Source of the DNA: Gammaproteobacteria bacterium
GTDB lineage: Bacteria > Pseudomonadota > Gammaproteobacteria > UBA4575
Length of the DNA: 64,000 bases
Assembly: GCA_965243395.1 (NCBI GenBank)
Contig: CBDEUS010000002.1
Coordinates: forward strand, 736,001 to 800,000
Direction of reading: 5' to 3'
Shown here: piece by piece, positions 18,969-30,479 of the stretch
Numbering within the stretch: position 1 is the stretch's first letter
Layout: each line of letters starts with the position of its first letter
The notes under the pieces: generated by a model
What the model saw: only the letters and a program-made list of their open reading frames with translations
Told to the model about the DNA's origin: nothing
Database searches by the model: none
Position numbers and translations under genes: made by a program

Positions 18969-20579
18969 TTGATTTCAACCGCAAACATAACCATGCAGTT
19001 TGGCGCCAAGCCATTATTTGAAAATATATCTGCTAAATTTGGTGAGGGTAATCGTTATGGTTTGATTGGAGCAAATGGTTGCGGCAAGTCTACATTCTTG
19101 AAAATTTTGGATGGCAGTCAGGTGCCTAGTTCTGGAAATGTTTCTATTACACCTAATGAGCGTTTGGGTAAGTTAAATCAAGATCAGTTTGCTTTTGAAG
19201 ATTGTAGCGTAATCGACACGGTAATCATGGGGCATTCCCAATTATGGGAAATAAAACAGGAGCGTGAACGTATATACGCGTTACCTGAAATGTCTGAAGA
19301 AGAAGGTATGAAGGTCGCAGAACTTGAAGTTCAGTTTGCTGAACTAGATGGATATAGCGCGGAAAGTCGAGCAGGTGAACTTCTCTTGAGTGTAGGCATA
19401 GCAGAAGAATTGCATAATGGACCAATGAGCGAGGTAGCACCTGGCTGGAAGTTACGTGTATTGCTGGTGCAAGCTTTATTTTCTGATCCGGATATTTTAC
19501 TGCTTGACGAGCCAACAAATAATTTAGATATCAATACTATCCGTTGGCTGGAAAATGTTTTGAATGAACGCAAGAGCACGATGATTATCGTGTCTCATGA
19601 TAGGCATTTTTTAAATGCTGTCTGCACACACATGGCGGATATGGATTATGGTGAATTGCGTATTTATCCGGGTAACTATGATGATTTCATGCTTGCTTCT
19701 ACCCAGGCAAGAGAACGTTTACAGTCAGAAAATGCCAAAAAGAAAGCACAAATTGCGGATTTGCAACAGTTTGTGAGTCGTTTTTCTGCTAATGCATCAA
19801 AGGCACGGCAGGCGACATCGCGTATGAAACAAATCCAAAAAATTCAATTAGAGGATATTAAACCCTCTAGTCGGCGTAGTCCTTTTATTCGTTTCAATCA
19901 AGAAAAGAAAATTCATCGCCAGGCGCTAAGCATTGAAGGATTAGGACATGGTTTTGATGGAGAAATACTTTTTAGTAACGGTGAAATGATTATTGAAGCC
20001 GGTACACGTTTAGCTGTTATCGGTGAAAATGGAGTAGGTAAAAGTACTTTTCTACGTTGCTTAATGAATGAGTTAAAACCTGATCATGGGGAAATTAAAT
20101 GGTCTGAAAATGCAAGCTTGGGTTACTGTCCACAAGACACAAGTACAGAATTTAATAGCGATCTAAGTTTAGTAGATTGGATGACACAATGGCGTAAGCC
20201 TGCTCACGATGATGAGGTAGTACGTGCGACCTTAGGTCGTTTGCTGTTTTCTTCTGAGGATTTCAAAAAGCAAGTAAAAGTATGCTCTGGTGGAGAAAAA
20301 AATCGTTTGTTGTTTGGTAAATTAATATTGTCAGAGACAAATGTTTTGTTAATGGACGAACCGACTAATCATCTGGATATGGAGAGTATAGAGTCATTAA
20401 ATTTAGCACTTGAATATTTTGAAGGCACGCTAATTTTTGTCAGCCATGATCGAGAATTTGTTTCATCATTAGCAAATTGCATAGTTGAAATCAGAGATCA
20501 TCAGATGCACTTATTTCGAGGAAATTATGAAGAATACCTGGCTACCCAAATAGAGCAAGAGCGAGTAGTTAATAGTTAA
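18969..20579 (+). CDS. ybiT: ABC-F family ATPase
   Basis: [39 protein letters not shown]; two ABC domains and no TM. Confidence 0.93.
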   Translation: MISTANITMQFGAKPLFENISAKFGEGNRYGLIGANGCGKSTFLKILDGSQVPSSGNVSITPNERLGKLNQDQFAFEDCSVIDTVIMGHSQLWEIKQERERIYALPEMSEEEGMKVAELEVQFAELDGYSAESRAGELLLSVGIAEELHNGPMSEVAPGWKLRVLLVQALFSDPDILLLDEPTNNLDINTIRWLENVLNERKSTMIIVSHDRHFLNAVCTHMADMDYGELRIYPGNYDDFMLASTQARERLQSENAKKKAQIADLQQFVSRFSANASKARQATSRMKQIQKIQLEDIKPSSRRSPFIRFNQEKKIHRQALSIEGLGHGFDGEILFSNGEMIIEAGTRLAVIGENGVGKSTFLRCLMNELKPDHGEIKWSENASLGYCPQDTSTEFNSDLSLVDWMTQWRKPAHDDEVVRATLGRLLFSSEDFKKQVKVCSGGEKNRLLFGKLILSETNVLLMDEPTNHLDMESIESLNLALEYFEGTLIFVSHDREFVSSLANCIVEIRDHQMHLFRGNYEEYLATQIEQERVVNS

Positions 20580-22451
20580 TTATTGATTGGAATGAAATTC
20601 TTTATGAAGTTTGCGTGCTTGTTTGGGCCACTTATCACGCTTTACTCGACCTTTATACGTTTTTAATTTGCTATCGATTAATTCAATATCTTCGGCTGTG
20701 AATTCTGCAATTTGCTCAAAGTGATAAACTCCAAGACGATGTAGTTTGCGTTCAAGTTTAGGTCCGACACCATTTATAAGCTGTAAATCATCTAGTTCAC
20801 CTGTAGGGCGTTTCATACCCAAAGGTTTAATGCGTCTTCTACTCGGCTTATGAGTAGATTTTTTGCGCGTGTAAGTCCCGCCACGCATTAATATTTTTGC
20901 TTGTTTTATCCATTCTTCCCGGTCGATACGCCCTTTAAAATTGAGCATATCATCAACCGCGGAAACATCTTTGCGTGTGAATCCAGCAATTTGCTCGAAG
21001 TAAAATATGCCAAATTTATGCAATGTTTTTTCAAGAACCACTCCGATTCCTGAAATAAGTTTTAAATCATCAGGTTTGCGAGAGGGTTTTTTTAATCCGT
21101 AAGGTTTAATTTTTTGTTTAGTTGGAGTGTCATGTTTAGTTTTTTTGCTCAATGAAGTCGTATTTTTTACCGCGGCAGTACGAGTGCTGCCATTAGCTTG
21201 CGATTTGATTTTGCCATTACCATTTATGTGAATGATGTTGTCATGATTTATACCATTAACGTGATTGCTACCATTACCATTAGCCCTGCCATTACCGTTT
21301 CCATTAAAGGTAGCAGCTCCATTCGCGGGCTTAAGTATGGCTTTTTGAGCATCTTTAATGAAATTTTCTAACTCATGTATATGTGCATCGCGTGCAGATA
21401 TTGTGCTTTTTAAAGCAGGTATTTTTTGCTCTAAAGTGTTTACTTTTTGTTTAAGTTGAAAGACTAGATGTTCACTTTTTTCCAAGTTCTTTCGAAGTGG
21501 TGGTATTTCATTGGTAAGTTTATTGATTTCGGTATTTAAGCTTAGGATGCTAGCATCTCGTTTTTTGATACTATTTTCTAAATTAGGAATTCTATTGCTC
21601 TGGTTTTCTAACGCTTTTTGTAATTCCAAGATTTCGCTTTCTCTAGACTCAAAGCTTTTTTGCAGCCCGCTAAGCTCAGAAATATCTAACTGAAGCGCAG
21701 CTATAATTTCATCACGTTGCTGTAGTTCTTTGCTAATTGAATCATTTTCTTTTTCTGCATCTAATTCAGCTTGAAGATTAGATAAAGTTTCATTTTTTTC
21801 ATTTAATTCATTTTTTAAGTGAGTAAGTTCAATAATATGATTTTCGAACTCTTTTTCACGTTTGTATAATCTATCGCGTAATAACTCTAGTTCTTTATTA
21901 ATAGATTCATTACGTTTTCTGGTTCCGTCAAATTTGTTTTGTAGAGTAACAATTTCGTCTTGTTTGTTTTTTAGCTCTAAATTATTTTTGTTATAATGTT
22001 TGGTTGCTTTACCTAAAAGAGCCTTTAAGCTATCTGCATCACTAGAATTTTCACGGAGTGAACCTAATTTATGTTTATGTAGTTTAAGTTCATCTGTAGT
22101 GACATGAAGGCGGGCAGTTGTTTGCCCCAGTAGATTTTTCAGTTGTTCAATTTCAGTGTTTGTTACCAGAGCTAATGCCTCAGAAGTATTCAATTGCTCC
22201 GATAATTTATTTTTTTCTTTGTTTAGGGAGTCGATCTGTGCTGCTCTGTTATTCAGTACTTTATCCATTTCCGCCAAATTCATAGTTGCGGACTTGTATT
22301 TAGTATCTAAATTCCTATATTGGTGATGCCAATCATTTTCTAGCTTTGCAAATTTACTTTTTAAACGGCCCCAAATGATCCAACCTATTAGTAAACCCAA
22401 TAAGAATGTAGCTGTTAGTGAAAATATAAGATTGGGAATCAAATAAGACAT
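20580..22451 (-). CDS. Membrane-anchored long coiled-coil protein with two C-terminal HhH (COG3743-type) domains
   Basis: N-terminal TM, long heptad region, GN-rich linker, DDLKLISGIG...FEQIA and DDLQLINGVG...FEQIA. Confidence 0.8.
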   Translation of the reverse strand: MSYLIPNLIFSLTATFLLGLLIGWIIWGRLKSKFAKLENDWHHQYRNLDTKYKSATMNLAEMDKVLNNRAAQIDSLNKEKNKLSEQLNTSEALALVTNTEIEQLKNLLGQTTARLHVTTDELKLHKHKLGSLRENSSDADSLKALLGKATKHYNKNNLELKNKQDEIVTLQNKFDGTRKRNESINKELELLRDRLYKREKEFENHIIELTHLKNELNEKNETLSNLQAELDAEKENDSISKELQQRDEIIAALQLDISELSGLQKSFESRESEILELQKALENQSNRIPNLENSIKKRDASILSLNTEINKLTNEIPPLRKNLEKSEHLVFQLKQKVNTLEQKIPALKSTISARDAHIHELENFIKDAQKAILKPANGAATFNGNGNGRANGNGSNHVNGINHDNIIHINGNGKIKSQANGSTRTAAVKNTTSLSKKTKHDTPTKQKIKPYGLKKPSRKPDDLKLISGIGVVLEKTLHKFGIFYFEQIAGFTRKDVSAVDDMLNFKGRIDREEWIKQAKILMRGGTYTRKKSTHKPSRRRIKPLGMKRPTGELDDLQLINGVGPKLERKLHRLGVYHFEQIAEFTAEDIELIDSKLKTYKGRVKRDKWPKQARKLHKEFHSNQ

Positions 22452-22978
22452 TTTTAAGTAAGCACTCCAGCTAATTTTTTATTAGATAAGGCAATTTGTT
22501 GTTCTATTTTGGTTTGCTACTTTTTATCCAACCAGGCATGCACTTTTATGACTGTTTTCAACGTCAAACCAAGTAATATTAATAATATTACATTAACTAC
22601 TGTTAATGAACTATTTTTTGACGCAACTATAAGTGCTCAATAAAGAAAAATTATATTAAGGAGAGTTTTATAAATTTAAGCATATCGTTATGAGTAAATT
22701 AATTTGCTTAAAACTTAAAGTAAAAGATTAAAAAAAATCTGTAAGTTAAATTATTTATCGAATCTTAAGGACGAAATGATTATTTTATGGTTTTAATTAC
22801 ATGCGTTTGTTCAAAATTTAAACATTGGTACAGCCTTGATAATATATAAATATAGCTATCACATAAGCTAGAATTTAGGTTAATGATGATTTAGTCAATT
22901 TTGAATGTAATGAAATTCTAGTATCTCATGTCTTAACTAAGCACAACTCTTATTTAATCAGTCTTTATAAGCTACATA

Positions 22979-24340
22979 ATGGAATATGCTCTAATCACTA
23001 TTGCAGGTGTGATAGCCATGCTGTCGATCGTATTGGCGCCAACTGCTAAAACTGTAAATGCCTTTTTTTCTGGGGCCTCACCACTAGGTCAAGCACCAGG
23101 TTTATTTACCCTAACGTTCTCACAAGTTACGACCTGGATATTTGCGCGTTCATTAATGAATGCCGCTATTTTGGGATATTTTTATGGGCTCTGGGGCACA
23201 CTGGCTTATGCGGGATATTACTTATCTTTCTTAACCGGTGGAAAGATTATCGATCAGCTGCGTTTCGAACAAGGCTTTAATAGTGTTCAAGAGTTTCTAT
23301 TTGCACGTTTTGGCAGCATTGGGATGACTTGCTACAACATCGTTATCGTTATCCGCTTAATTAGTGAAGTCTTCGCAAACTTGTTAGTAATAGGCTTATT
23401 GTTTGGAATGGCAGGATCAAATGCATATGTGTTATCCATAATTATTTTTTCGGCAGCAACCTTATTGTATTCAATGCTAGGTGGCTTGCATGCTTCATTG
23501 AAAACGGATGTCATGCAAATGAGCATATTTGTGTTTGTATTGATACTGCTAGTCGCAGCTGTATTGGGTGGCGGGCAGTTTGCCTTATCAGATTTATTCT
23601 TCAAAGATTTTCAGTTCGATCAGCCCGGACCCATATTGATGTTAGTAGCACTACTTCAAATTTGGAGCTACCCCTTACATGATCCCGTAATGATGGATCG
23701 TGGTTTTTTAGCGGATCGTGATACTACCCGCAGAAGTTTCTATCATGCTGCATGGATTAGTATAGTGTGTATTATCACGTTCGGTTGTATCGGTGTATGG
23801 GCAGGTGCACATGCAGGCGAAGGCGATACGATGAATACAGTATTGCTGCGCTTGTTGGGCGAGTGGCCAATGTTATTGTTCAGCACGACCTTGGTGATTT
23901 CTGCTATGTCCACATTAGACAGCACTTTATCGAGTTCCTCTAAATTGATTGTTGTAGATATGAAGTTAGTAAGCGCAAAAGTGAATAATGGTCGTTTAAT
24001 TATGTTAGCGTTTATGTTGCTTGGATTATTATGCGTGTTTTTCGGGAGCCAAGACTTGTTCAGTGCGGTTGCTGTAAGTGGAACAGCTTCATTATTTTTA
24101 GCTCCAGTGGTATTTTTTTCTATTTTTGCAAATCAACAAAATATTCCTAAATGGAGTTATTTGCTTGCGTTCATAATTGCTATGGCAGGAGCAAGCCTTT
24201 ATTTTCTAGAGTCTTCGGGCCATACTCAGTTGTTGGGAGAAATGCATAAATATACTAAGTTATTATTTATCTCTTTAACTATTCTTGTTGTTGGTTGTGG
24301 ATCGTTTTTTATTGGTAAAATATCGCACCAAAATAGTTAA
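22979..24340 (+). CDS. Sodium:solute symporter family protein
   Basis: Multi-TM; YSMLGGLHASLKTDVMQ and SAMSTLDSTL motifs. Confidence 0.88.
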   Translation: MEYALITIAGVIAMLSIVLAPTAKTVNAFFSGASPLGQAPGLFTLTFSQVTTWIFARSLMNAAILGYFYGLWGTLAYAGYYLSFLTGGKIIDQLRFEQGFNSVQEFLFARFGSIGMTCYNIVIVIRLISEVFANLLVIGLLFGMAGSNAYVLSIIIFSAATLLYSMLGGLHASLKTDVMQMSIFVFVLILLVAAVLGGGQFALSDLFFKDFQFDQPGPILMLVALLQIWSYPLHDPVMMDRGFLADRDTTRRSFYHAAWISIVCIITFGCIGVWAGAHAGEGDTMNTVLLRLLGEWPMLLFSTTLVISAMSTLDSTLSSSSKLIVVDMKLVSAKVNNGRLIMLAFMLLGLLCVFFGSQDLFSAVAVSGTASLFLAPVVFFSIFANQQNIPKWSYLLAFIIAMAGASLYFLESSGHTQLLGEMHKYTKLLFISLTILVVGCGSFFIGKISHQNS

Positions 24341-24362
24341 ACATTGATGAGGTTGTATTGTA

Positions 24363-24848
24363 GTGAAACAAATTGCACTTGTTTTACTAATATTCATTTT
24401 ATTCAGTTTAGTCGCTTGTGATGATTTTAACTTTTCGAGTGTATATGAAAGAAAAGTTACTAAAGTATTAGACGGTGATTCATTCAATATTCTCCAACAA
24501 GGTAAAGAAATTCGTATTCGACTTGCTGAAATCGATGCGCCCGAGCATGGTCAGGCAATGGGGAAAAAATCTAAACAAGCATTAGAAAAACTTGTTGCGG
24601 GTAAACTTGTTGTTATTGAAGAATTTGATCGTGATCAATATGGTCGTATTGTAGGACATGTTTATCTTAAAGATGTTTGGATAAATGCCAAGCTTGTTCA
24701 GCAGGGGCATGCATATGTATATACGCGATATGCTGTTTCTAAAAAGTTGTATGAATTTCAAGCAGAAGCACAAAAATACAAACGTGGAGTTTGGTTATTA
24801 CCAGAACAACAAAGAATTGAACCATGGGAATGGCGTAAACAGAATTGA
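24363..24848 (+). CDS. Thermonuclease (SNase) family lipoprotein
   Basis: Lipobox LVAC; VLDGDS, IRLAEIDAPE, DQYGR motifs. Confidence 0.92.
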   Translation: MKQIALVLLIFILFSLVACDDFNFSSVYERKVTKVLDGDSFNILQQGKEIRIRLAEIDAPEHGQAMGKKSKQALEKLVAGKLVVIEEFDRDQYGRIVGHVYLKDVWINAKLVQQGHAYVYTRYAVSKKLYEFQAEAQKYKRGVWLLPEQQRIEPWEWRKQN

Positions 24849-24921
24849 TTCCTCAAGATTTAAAGTAATCATTAACTTGTAAATTTTTAAACACAATCTA
24901 CTAGAAGTAATCTCATTTTCT

Positions 24922-24961
24922 GTGTCACAAAAACATCATAGTTTGTTAAAAAAAAATTCAT
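24922..24961 (+). promoter_or_regulatory. Putative Pho box upstream of phoX
   Basis: GTGTCAC-AAAA-ACATCAT plus further degenerate units at 11-bp spacing. Confidence 0.55.
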
Positions 24962-25041
24962 TTTGCGGTAAATTTTTCTAAACAAGCAGAGCATACAGTC
25001 TCAATCCTACTCAGTAATAAAACCTGTAGGGAGAGAACTGC

Positions 25042-26958
25042 ATGTCTCAAGAATACGAACAAGATCTTAGCGACAATGCCATTTGTAACCAATCTGGCAA
25101 TGTCCCGTTTCACAAAGTTTTAGAAGCTCGCCTTTCAAGGCGAGATATATTAAAAGGTGGTTTAGCTGGTGCGGCTACAACTTTCTTCGCAGCAGCTTCA
25201 CCTGTAACTTATGCAAGTAAGGTTGGATTTAACCCTGTTCCAGTAGCTGAAGGTTCAGGGCCATGGCCAAGTATCTCATCGGACTACCAGTGGGATGTTC
25301 TAATCCCCTGGGGAGAGCCACTAGAGCCCGATGGACCTGCTTTTAATTACCCACCCAATGCTGCGGATCAAGCTAAACAGGTTGGCATTGGTCATGATGG
25401 TATGTGGTACTTCCCGATTAAAAGCAGAGATAGTAATCGATGTGGTTGGGATGTTTGGGATTGGAATGATTACCAAAGTTGGCATAAAAATATGGAAAAC
25501 CCAGTTTACAGACGTGGTAACTGGCATGGTGTACTTTGTATTAATCATGAGTTTGGTCGCAATACACATGTGTTGGCCAAAGAAGCACCTGAGAATTTAG
25601 AAGATGTTCGTGTCTCACAACATGCGCATGGGGTATCCGTTGTTGAACTTATGAAGTTCGGTGGACGTGCTGATGGCAAGTGGCGACAGGTGAAAAGTGA
25701 CATTGCGCGACGTATCCACGTCAACACACCCGTAGAGTTTAGTGGTCCAGTTGAAGGTTCAGATCTGCTAAAAACTCCTAACGGAAATATACCATTAGGT
25801 ACAGTTAATAATTGTGCGAACGGTTACACCCCATGGGGCACATATTTAACCTGTGAAGAAAATTTCAATGGTTATTTTGGAGCGACGGGTGAGTGGACGG
25901 CAACTCCAGAGCAAGAGCGTTATGGCTTTAGCGAAAGCGGATTTGGTTACGGTTGGCAAAATTTTGATAAGCGATTTGATTTATCTGACCCTGATTATCA
26001 GAATGAAGAGAATCGTTTTGGTTGGATAGTTGAAATCGATCCAATGGATGGCACCTCAAAACCTGTTAAACGTACTGCACTTGGTAGAGTCAAACATGAA
26101 GGAATCGCACTCACTGTTGGGGCCGGGGGTCGTGTGGTTGGTTACATGGGCGATGACCAACGTTTTGATTACATCTATAAATTTGTATCCGAAGGTAACT
26201 GGCGAGAGATGCTTCACGCAGGCAAAAGCCCTTTAGATTACGGCAAACTTTATGTAGCAAGGTTTAATGAAGATGGCACTGGCGATTGGTTAGAGCTTAC
26301 TATCGATAACTCCGAAATTGCACAACGTTTCAGTAGTCAAGAAGAAGTATTAACGTATGCTCGGATTGCTGCGGATATTTTAGGTGCGACTCCAATGGAT
26401 CGACCAGAATGGACTACGGTTGCACCAGATGGTCTTGTTTACTGTACCTTAACCAATAATAGTCGTCGTGAAGTAGCGGATGCGGCAAATCCTTTAGCCC
26501 CTAACGCGGATGGCCACATTATCCGCTGGAAGGATACTGAAAGATTTACTGGTCTGCATTTTGATTGGGACATCTATCTAATTTCACAATCTACACATGG
26601 CACTGAAGATACCTTCAGTGATCCGGACGGACTATGGGCTGATCCAGATGGCCGCTTGTTTATTCAAACGGATGGTGGTCAAACAGATGGTGGAGAAGAG
26701 ATTGTGCTAAACAATCAAATGTTAGTATCTGATTTACGCTCGGGAGACTTACGCCGATTATTTACTGGTGTTACCAGTGATGAGATTACCGGAATTGCTG
26801 TAACCCCTAACCGTAAAACTATGTTTATCAATTCTCAACATCCTGGTAATGGTGATCCTACGTTAACAAATTTCCCTGCGCCGTTTGATGGTGTGACAAT
26901 ACCTCGCGACTCTACTATTGTGATCACGCGCAAAAACTTTGGAATTATAGGTACATAA
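25042..26958 (+). CDS. phoX: PhoX family alkaline phosphatase, Tat-exported
   Basis: SRRDILKG Tat motif; GHDGM, INHE, NCANG.TPWGTYLTCEEN, MDRPE, QHPG. Confidence 0.95.
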   Translation: MSQEYEQDLSDNAICNQSGNVPFHKVLEARLSRRDILKGGLAGAATTFFAAASPVTYASKVGFNPVPVAEGSGPWPSISSDYQWDVLIPWGEPLEPDGPAFNYPPNAADQAKQVGIGHDGMWYFPIKSRDSNRCGWDVWDWNDYQSWHKNMENPVYRRGNWHGVLCINHEFGRNTHVLAKEAPENLEDVRVSQHAHGVSVVELMKFGGRADGKWRQVKSDIARRIHVNTPVEFSGPVEGSDLLKTPNGNIPLGTVNNCANGYTPWGTYLTCEENFNGYFGATGEWTATPEQERYGFSESGFGYGWQNFDKRFDLSDPDYQNEENRFGWIVEIDPMDGTSKPVKRTALGRVKHEGIALTVGAGGRVVGYMGDDQRFDYIYKFVSEGNWREMLHAGKSPLDYGKLYVARFNEDGTGDWLELTIDNSEIAQRFSSQEEVLTYARIAADILGATPMDRPEWTTVAPDGLVYCTLTNNSRREVADAANPLAPNADGHIIRWKDTERFTGLHFDWDIYLISQSTHGTEDTFSDPDGLWADPDGRLFIQTDGGQTDGGEEIVLNNQMLVSDLRSGDLRRLFTGVTSDEITGIAVTPNRKTMFINSQHPGNGDPTLTNFPAPFDGVTIPRDSTIVITRKNFGIIGT

Positions 26959-27009
26959 ACTTCACCCCAAGCTGCCGTTTATACTAAAAATAACCTGGTA
27001 GCACCCACT

Positions 27010-27038
27010 AAAAAGCCTCGGCATGCCGAGGCTTTTTT
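27010..27038. terminator. Bidirectional intrinsic terminator
   Basis: Perfect palindrome AAAAAGCCTCGGCATGCCGAGGCTTTTT between convergent genes. Confidence 0.88.
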
Positions 27039-27057
27039 ATTTCTCTAATTCTACAAT

Positions 27058-27306
27058 TTAAAAAATTATCAGGAGTAGAAAAAACAAAAAAACAGCACCA
27101 TAAATTCCCATAAATATCCAATATTCTTTTTCTTCTGAATTGCGGTGTTTTTTTATAGCCCAGTCATCCAGCTCCAATACGCTAGCAAGTAAACCTTTGT
27201 CGTAATTTTTTACCCAAACTGCTTGGGTTAACCAGCCTTCAATTAAAAGAAAACCCGTAAACAAAAGTCCAATAAGAAAAAAAAGAGTTTGAAAGAGTAT
27301 TAACAT
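27058..27306 (-). CDS. Hypothetical two-TM membrane protein
   Basis: Hydrophobic ends flanking a charged loop. Confidence 0.55.
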   Translation of the reverse strand: MLILFQTLFFLIGLLFTGFLLIEGWLTQAVWVKNYDKGLLASVLELDDWAIKKHRNSEEKEYWIFMGIYGAVFLFFLLLIIF

Positions 27307-27422
27307 GATCTACACATCAATCCATAGTCAATAAAAGCCCTAAATCTAGTTTAGTAATTGCATTGGAAACAGGCTTAACATCTATGCTTAAATAGTCTTG
27401 TTTAAACGATAAAATGCTTTTT

Positions 27423-27776
27423 TTAATGATCTGACCATACCGCATATTCATTGTCATTTGGATCGGCAAAATGGAAACGCCGCCCACCAGGAAAAGAGAA
27501 AATTTCTTCAATGATAGTCCCACCTGCTTGAATAATTTTTTCTTGGGTCTGTTCTAGAGCGTTACTGTAAAAAACAATCAAAGCACTGCCATTTTGTACA
27601 GAACAATTCAATTCAGAAGTGAAAAAACCACCATCCAATCCTTCATTTTCAAATGCACTATAGTCAGGGCCATAATCAGTAAATGACCAGCTAAATACTT
27701 TACTGAAAAATTTTTTTGTTGCTTGAATGTTTTTTGCGGGCAATTCTACGTAATTAATTTTTTCATGAACATTCAT
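27423..27776 (-). CDS. VOC/glyoxalase family protein
   Basis: INYVELPA, FTDYGPDY, FSFPGGRRFHFADP. Confidence 0.92.
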   Translation of the reverse strand: MNVHEKINYVELPAKNIQATKKFFSKVFSWSFTDYGPDYSAFENEGLDGGFFTSELNCSVQNGSALIVFYSNALEQTQEKIIQAGGTIIEEIFSFPGGRRFHFADPNDNEYAVWSDH

Positions 27777-27909
27777 AAGGTCTCTCTATTAGAGTTGTGT
27801 TATCGGTATGCGATATTTATTAATTGTTAAATTGACTTGTAATAGAATAATAACAAATACCTGTCATATAAAAATCAACCATACACCTAGATTAAAATGA
27901 GGACCAACC

Positions 27910-28662
27910 ATGACGAATTCATACGATATAAAAGACAAAACGGCACTAGTTACAGGCGCCAATCGCGGTATTGGTAAAGCAATAGTAGAAGCACTTTTAG
28001 ATAAAGGCGGCGCTAAAAAAGTTTATGCTGCAGTGAGAAATTTAGAGTCTGCTAAACCTTTGCAGGAACAATATGGAGATAAAATAGAGGCGATACATAT
28101 AGATTTAGAAAGTCCTGACACGATTGAGCAGGCTGCGGCTAAAGCTACCGATGTAGAGATTGTAGTCAATAATGCCGGGGTGCTAAAAACTTCAACACCT
28201 TTGGATGCTGGAGCCTTGGATACCATGGGTTATGAAATGGACATGAATGTGAATGGCTTAATTCGTATGGCTCAAGCTTTTGCGCCCATCTTAAAAGCAA
28301 ATGGCGGAGGTGCTTTAGTGCAACTAAACTCGGTCGCATCAATTAAGTGTTTTGCTCCTTTTGCAACTTACTGTGCTTCAAAAGCAGCAGCCTATTCCAT
28401 CACACAAGCGTTGCGTGATTTACTACAAGAACAAGGCACAGCAGTGGTTAGTGTACATCCTGGCCCGATTGCAACCGATATGGCAACAGATGCAGGAATT
28501 GGAGAAATTGCCGAACCACCTAGTCTGGTAGCCGATAGTATTCTCGCTGCTTTAGAAAATGGCGAATTTCATGCGTTTCCAGACACTATGGCAAAACAAA
28601 TCGAAGGCGCCTATCAAGGTTTTGCAGAAAATGTTGTGAATGCAAATCTGCTAGAAGGCTGA
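27910..28662 (+). CDS. SDR family oxidoreductase
   Basis: [17 protein letters not shown]. Confidence 0.93.
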   Translation: MTNSYDIKDKTALVTGANRGIGKAIVEALLDKGGAKKVYAAVRNLESAKPLQEQYGDKIEAIHIDLESPDTIEQAAAKATDVEIVVNNAGVLKTSTPLDAGALDTMGYEMDMNVNGLIRMAQAFAPILKANGGGALVQLNSVASIKCFAPFATYCASKAAAYSITQALRDLLQEQGTAVVSVHPGPIATDMATDAGIGEIAEPPSLVADSILAALENGEFHAFPDTMAKQIEGAYQGFAENVVNANLLEG

Positions 28663-29214
28663 GTCGGTTGTTTTTGTATTTAGCTGCGTGCCAGTGAAAT
28701 ATTTCACTATGAATAATGCAATCGGAAATAATAATCCCCACTCGATGAAATAAAACGTAAATGTTTTCCATAGGGGTTCTGCAAACTGTAGAGCCCCCAG
28801 TTTGTGTCCAAGGAGATAACTCAAACTACCTCCTATAGCACCCGCGACGGAGGCGATCTTTAAGTTTTTACGCAACCAGTACAAGCTATAAGGCACCATG
28901 AGCGCGAAAACAAACCACAATGCTATTAACCAAGCCGGTATCGGTAAATATTGATTTGTATATCCAGGGAAGGATAAGAGATTTAATTGCGCGAACACGC
29001 TATCAACAGCAATACCGATGAAACCAATGATGAGCATTATTTTTAAGTCACGTATCGGTAGCTTGCTAAATATAAAATGAGCGGTGATGTACGCAAAACC
29101 AACATAAACACCCAGTAGTGGCATCGCATGTGTTGCACCATATGCACAAGCCGCCCATGTAGCTTGCAAACCGATAAAATTAAAAATTAAAAATGCTAGA
29201 TTTTTGCTCATCAT
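28651..29214 (-). CDS. DUF2878 membrane protein
   Basis: [11 protein letters not shown] and GGSLSY motifs; typical last gene of cfa/DUF1365 clusters. Confidence 0.8.
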   Translation of the reverse strand: MMSKNLAFLIFNFIGLQATWAACAYGATHAMPLLGVYVGFAYITAHFIFSKLPIRDLKIMLIIGFIGIAVDSVFAQLNLLSFPGYTNQYLPIPAWLIALWFVFALMVPYSLYWLRKNLKIASVAGAIGGSLSYLLGHKLGALQFAEPLWKTFTFYFIEWGLLFPIALFIVKYFTGTQLNTKTTDSAF

Positions 29215-30476
29215 TGAAATCGATTTGCAGGTTTCTTTAGTATTAGTTGCTGTACGTCAATAACTCGCTCCTCGAAGCCCGCTTGGCAATATTTAAGATA
29301 ATATTCCCATAAGCGTATAAAGGCTTGGCCATAACCTAGCTCCAAGACTTTTTCTTTATTATTAATAAATCGTTGATACCAGATTTCTAATGTTTTTCCG
29401 TAACTAGCGGCATAGCTTTCGGAGTGAAATAAAGTTAAATCACTATTTTTTGCAATTGAGGTGAGCATAGACGACATACTCGGTAAGCTACCCCCGGGAA
29501 ATACATATTTACGTATGAAATCTAAAGAGTTTTGATATCGATCATGAAGATAGTCCGAGATAGTGATCGCTTGAACTAAAAAAGCACCATCCGGTTTTAA
29601 TAGCTTGCTACAAATATCAAAATAATCATCTAAATACTGATTGCCAACCGATTCAATCATCTCAATAGAAACTAATTTGTCATATTGTCCTCGTAGCGTC
29701 CGATAGTCTTGTTTCAATATTGTAATTTGTGCGCTTAAATTAGCCTCATTAATTTTTTCTACTGCATAATCATATTGCTGGTCTGAAATTGTTGTAGTAG
29801 TAACTTTGCAACCATAGTTTTGCGCAGCATAAATAGCAAAACCACCCCAACCACAGCCAATTTCAAGTAGATGGTCTTGAGGTTTTAACTTTAATTTTTC
29901 GCAAATTATTTTAAGCTTGTACTCGGCAGCATCCTCGAGTGTATTGTTCACTGATGTGAAACAGGCTGATGAATACATCATTTTTTCGTCAAGGAAAAGC
30001 TTGTAGAAATCGTTGCCGATATCATAATGCGCAAGGATGTTACGTTTAGATCCTTGAGTACTATTTTTATTGATTGCATGTCCAATTGCATAAAATGGCT
30101 TAGCGACTGATGCAAAACCTGATTTAAATGAAAATAATACATCGCGATTCAAGGTAAATACTCGCATTACATTGAGTAAATTATCAGTTGACCACCACCC
30201 TTTTACAAAAGTATTACCAGCAGCTGGTTCACCACCAAATAATATTGCCCTAAATACCTGAGAGTTTTGAACACGAATGACAGCATGCAATTCACTTTGC
30301 ATATCTTTGTCACCAAAATCATAAACCATTTCGTCTACATGAATTTGTAAAAAACCATGTTCAATAAGATCAAGTTTTTTAAATAAAATATTTTTTGCGA
30401 ATTGACTCATCCAACACATTTCATGCTGAATGACATTGTTATTAGTTTTATATTTTGGAATTATCGACATAAGCAA
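29211..30476 (-). CDS. cfa: Cyclopropane-fatty-acyl-phospholipid synthase family methyltransferase (UfaM/CfaS-like)
   Basis: NILAHYDIGN, MMYSSA, LEIGCGWG, SIEMIE, FPGG, WEYYL. Confidence 0.92.
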   Translation of the reverse strand: MLMSIIPKYKTNNNVIQHEMCWMSQFAKNILFKKLDLIEHGFLQIHVDEMVYDFGDKDMQSELHAVIRVQNSQVFRAILFGGEPAAGNTFVKGWWSTDNLLNVMRVFTLNRDVLFSFKSGFASVAKPFYAIGHAINKNSTQGSKRNILAHYDIGNDFYKLFLDEKMMYSSACFTSVNNTLEDAAEYKLKIICEKLKLKPQDHLLEIGCGWGGFAIYAAQNYGCKVTTTTISDQQYDYAVEKINEANLSAQITILKQDYRTLRGQYDKLVSIEMIESVGNQYLDDYFDICSKLLKPDGAFLVQAITISDYLHDRYQNSLDFIRKYVFPGGSLPSMSSMLTSIAKNSDLTLFHSESYAASYGKTLEIWYQRFINNKEKVLELGYGQAFIRLWEYYLKYCQAGFEERVIDVQQLILKKPANRFQ

Positions 30477-30479
30477 ATC

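Noticed and set aside
22452-22978. Long very AT-rich intergenic region as a possible origin or ncRNA
   Set aside because: No DnaA-box cluster, stable stems or ORF seen; explained as a divergent promoter region
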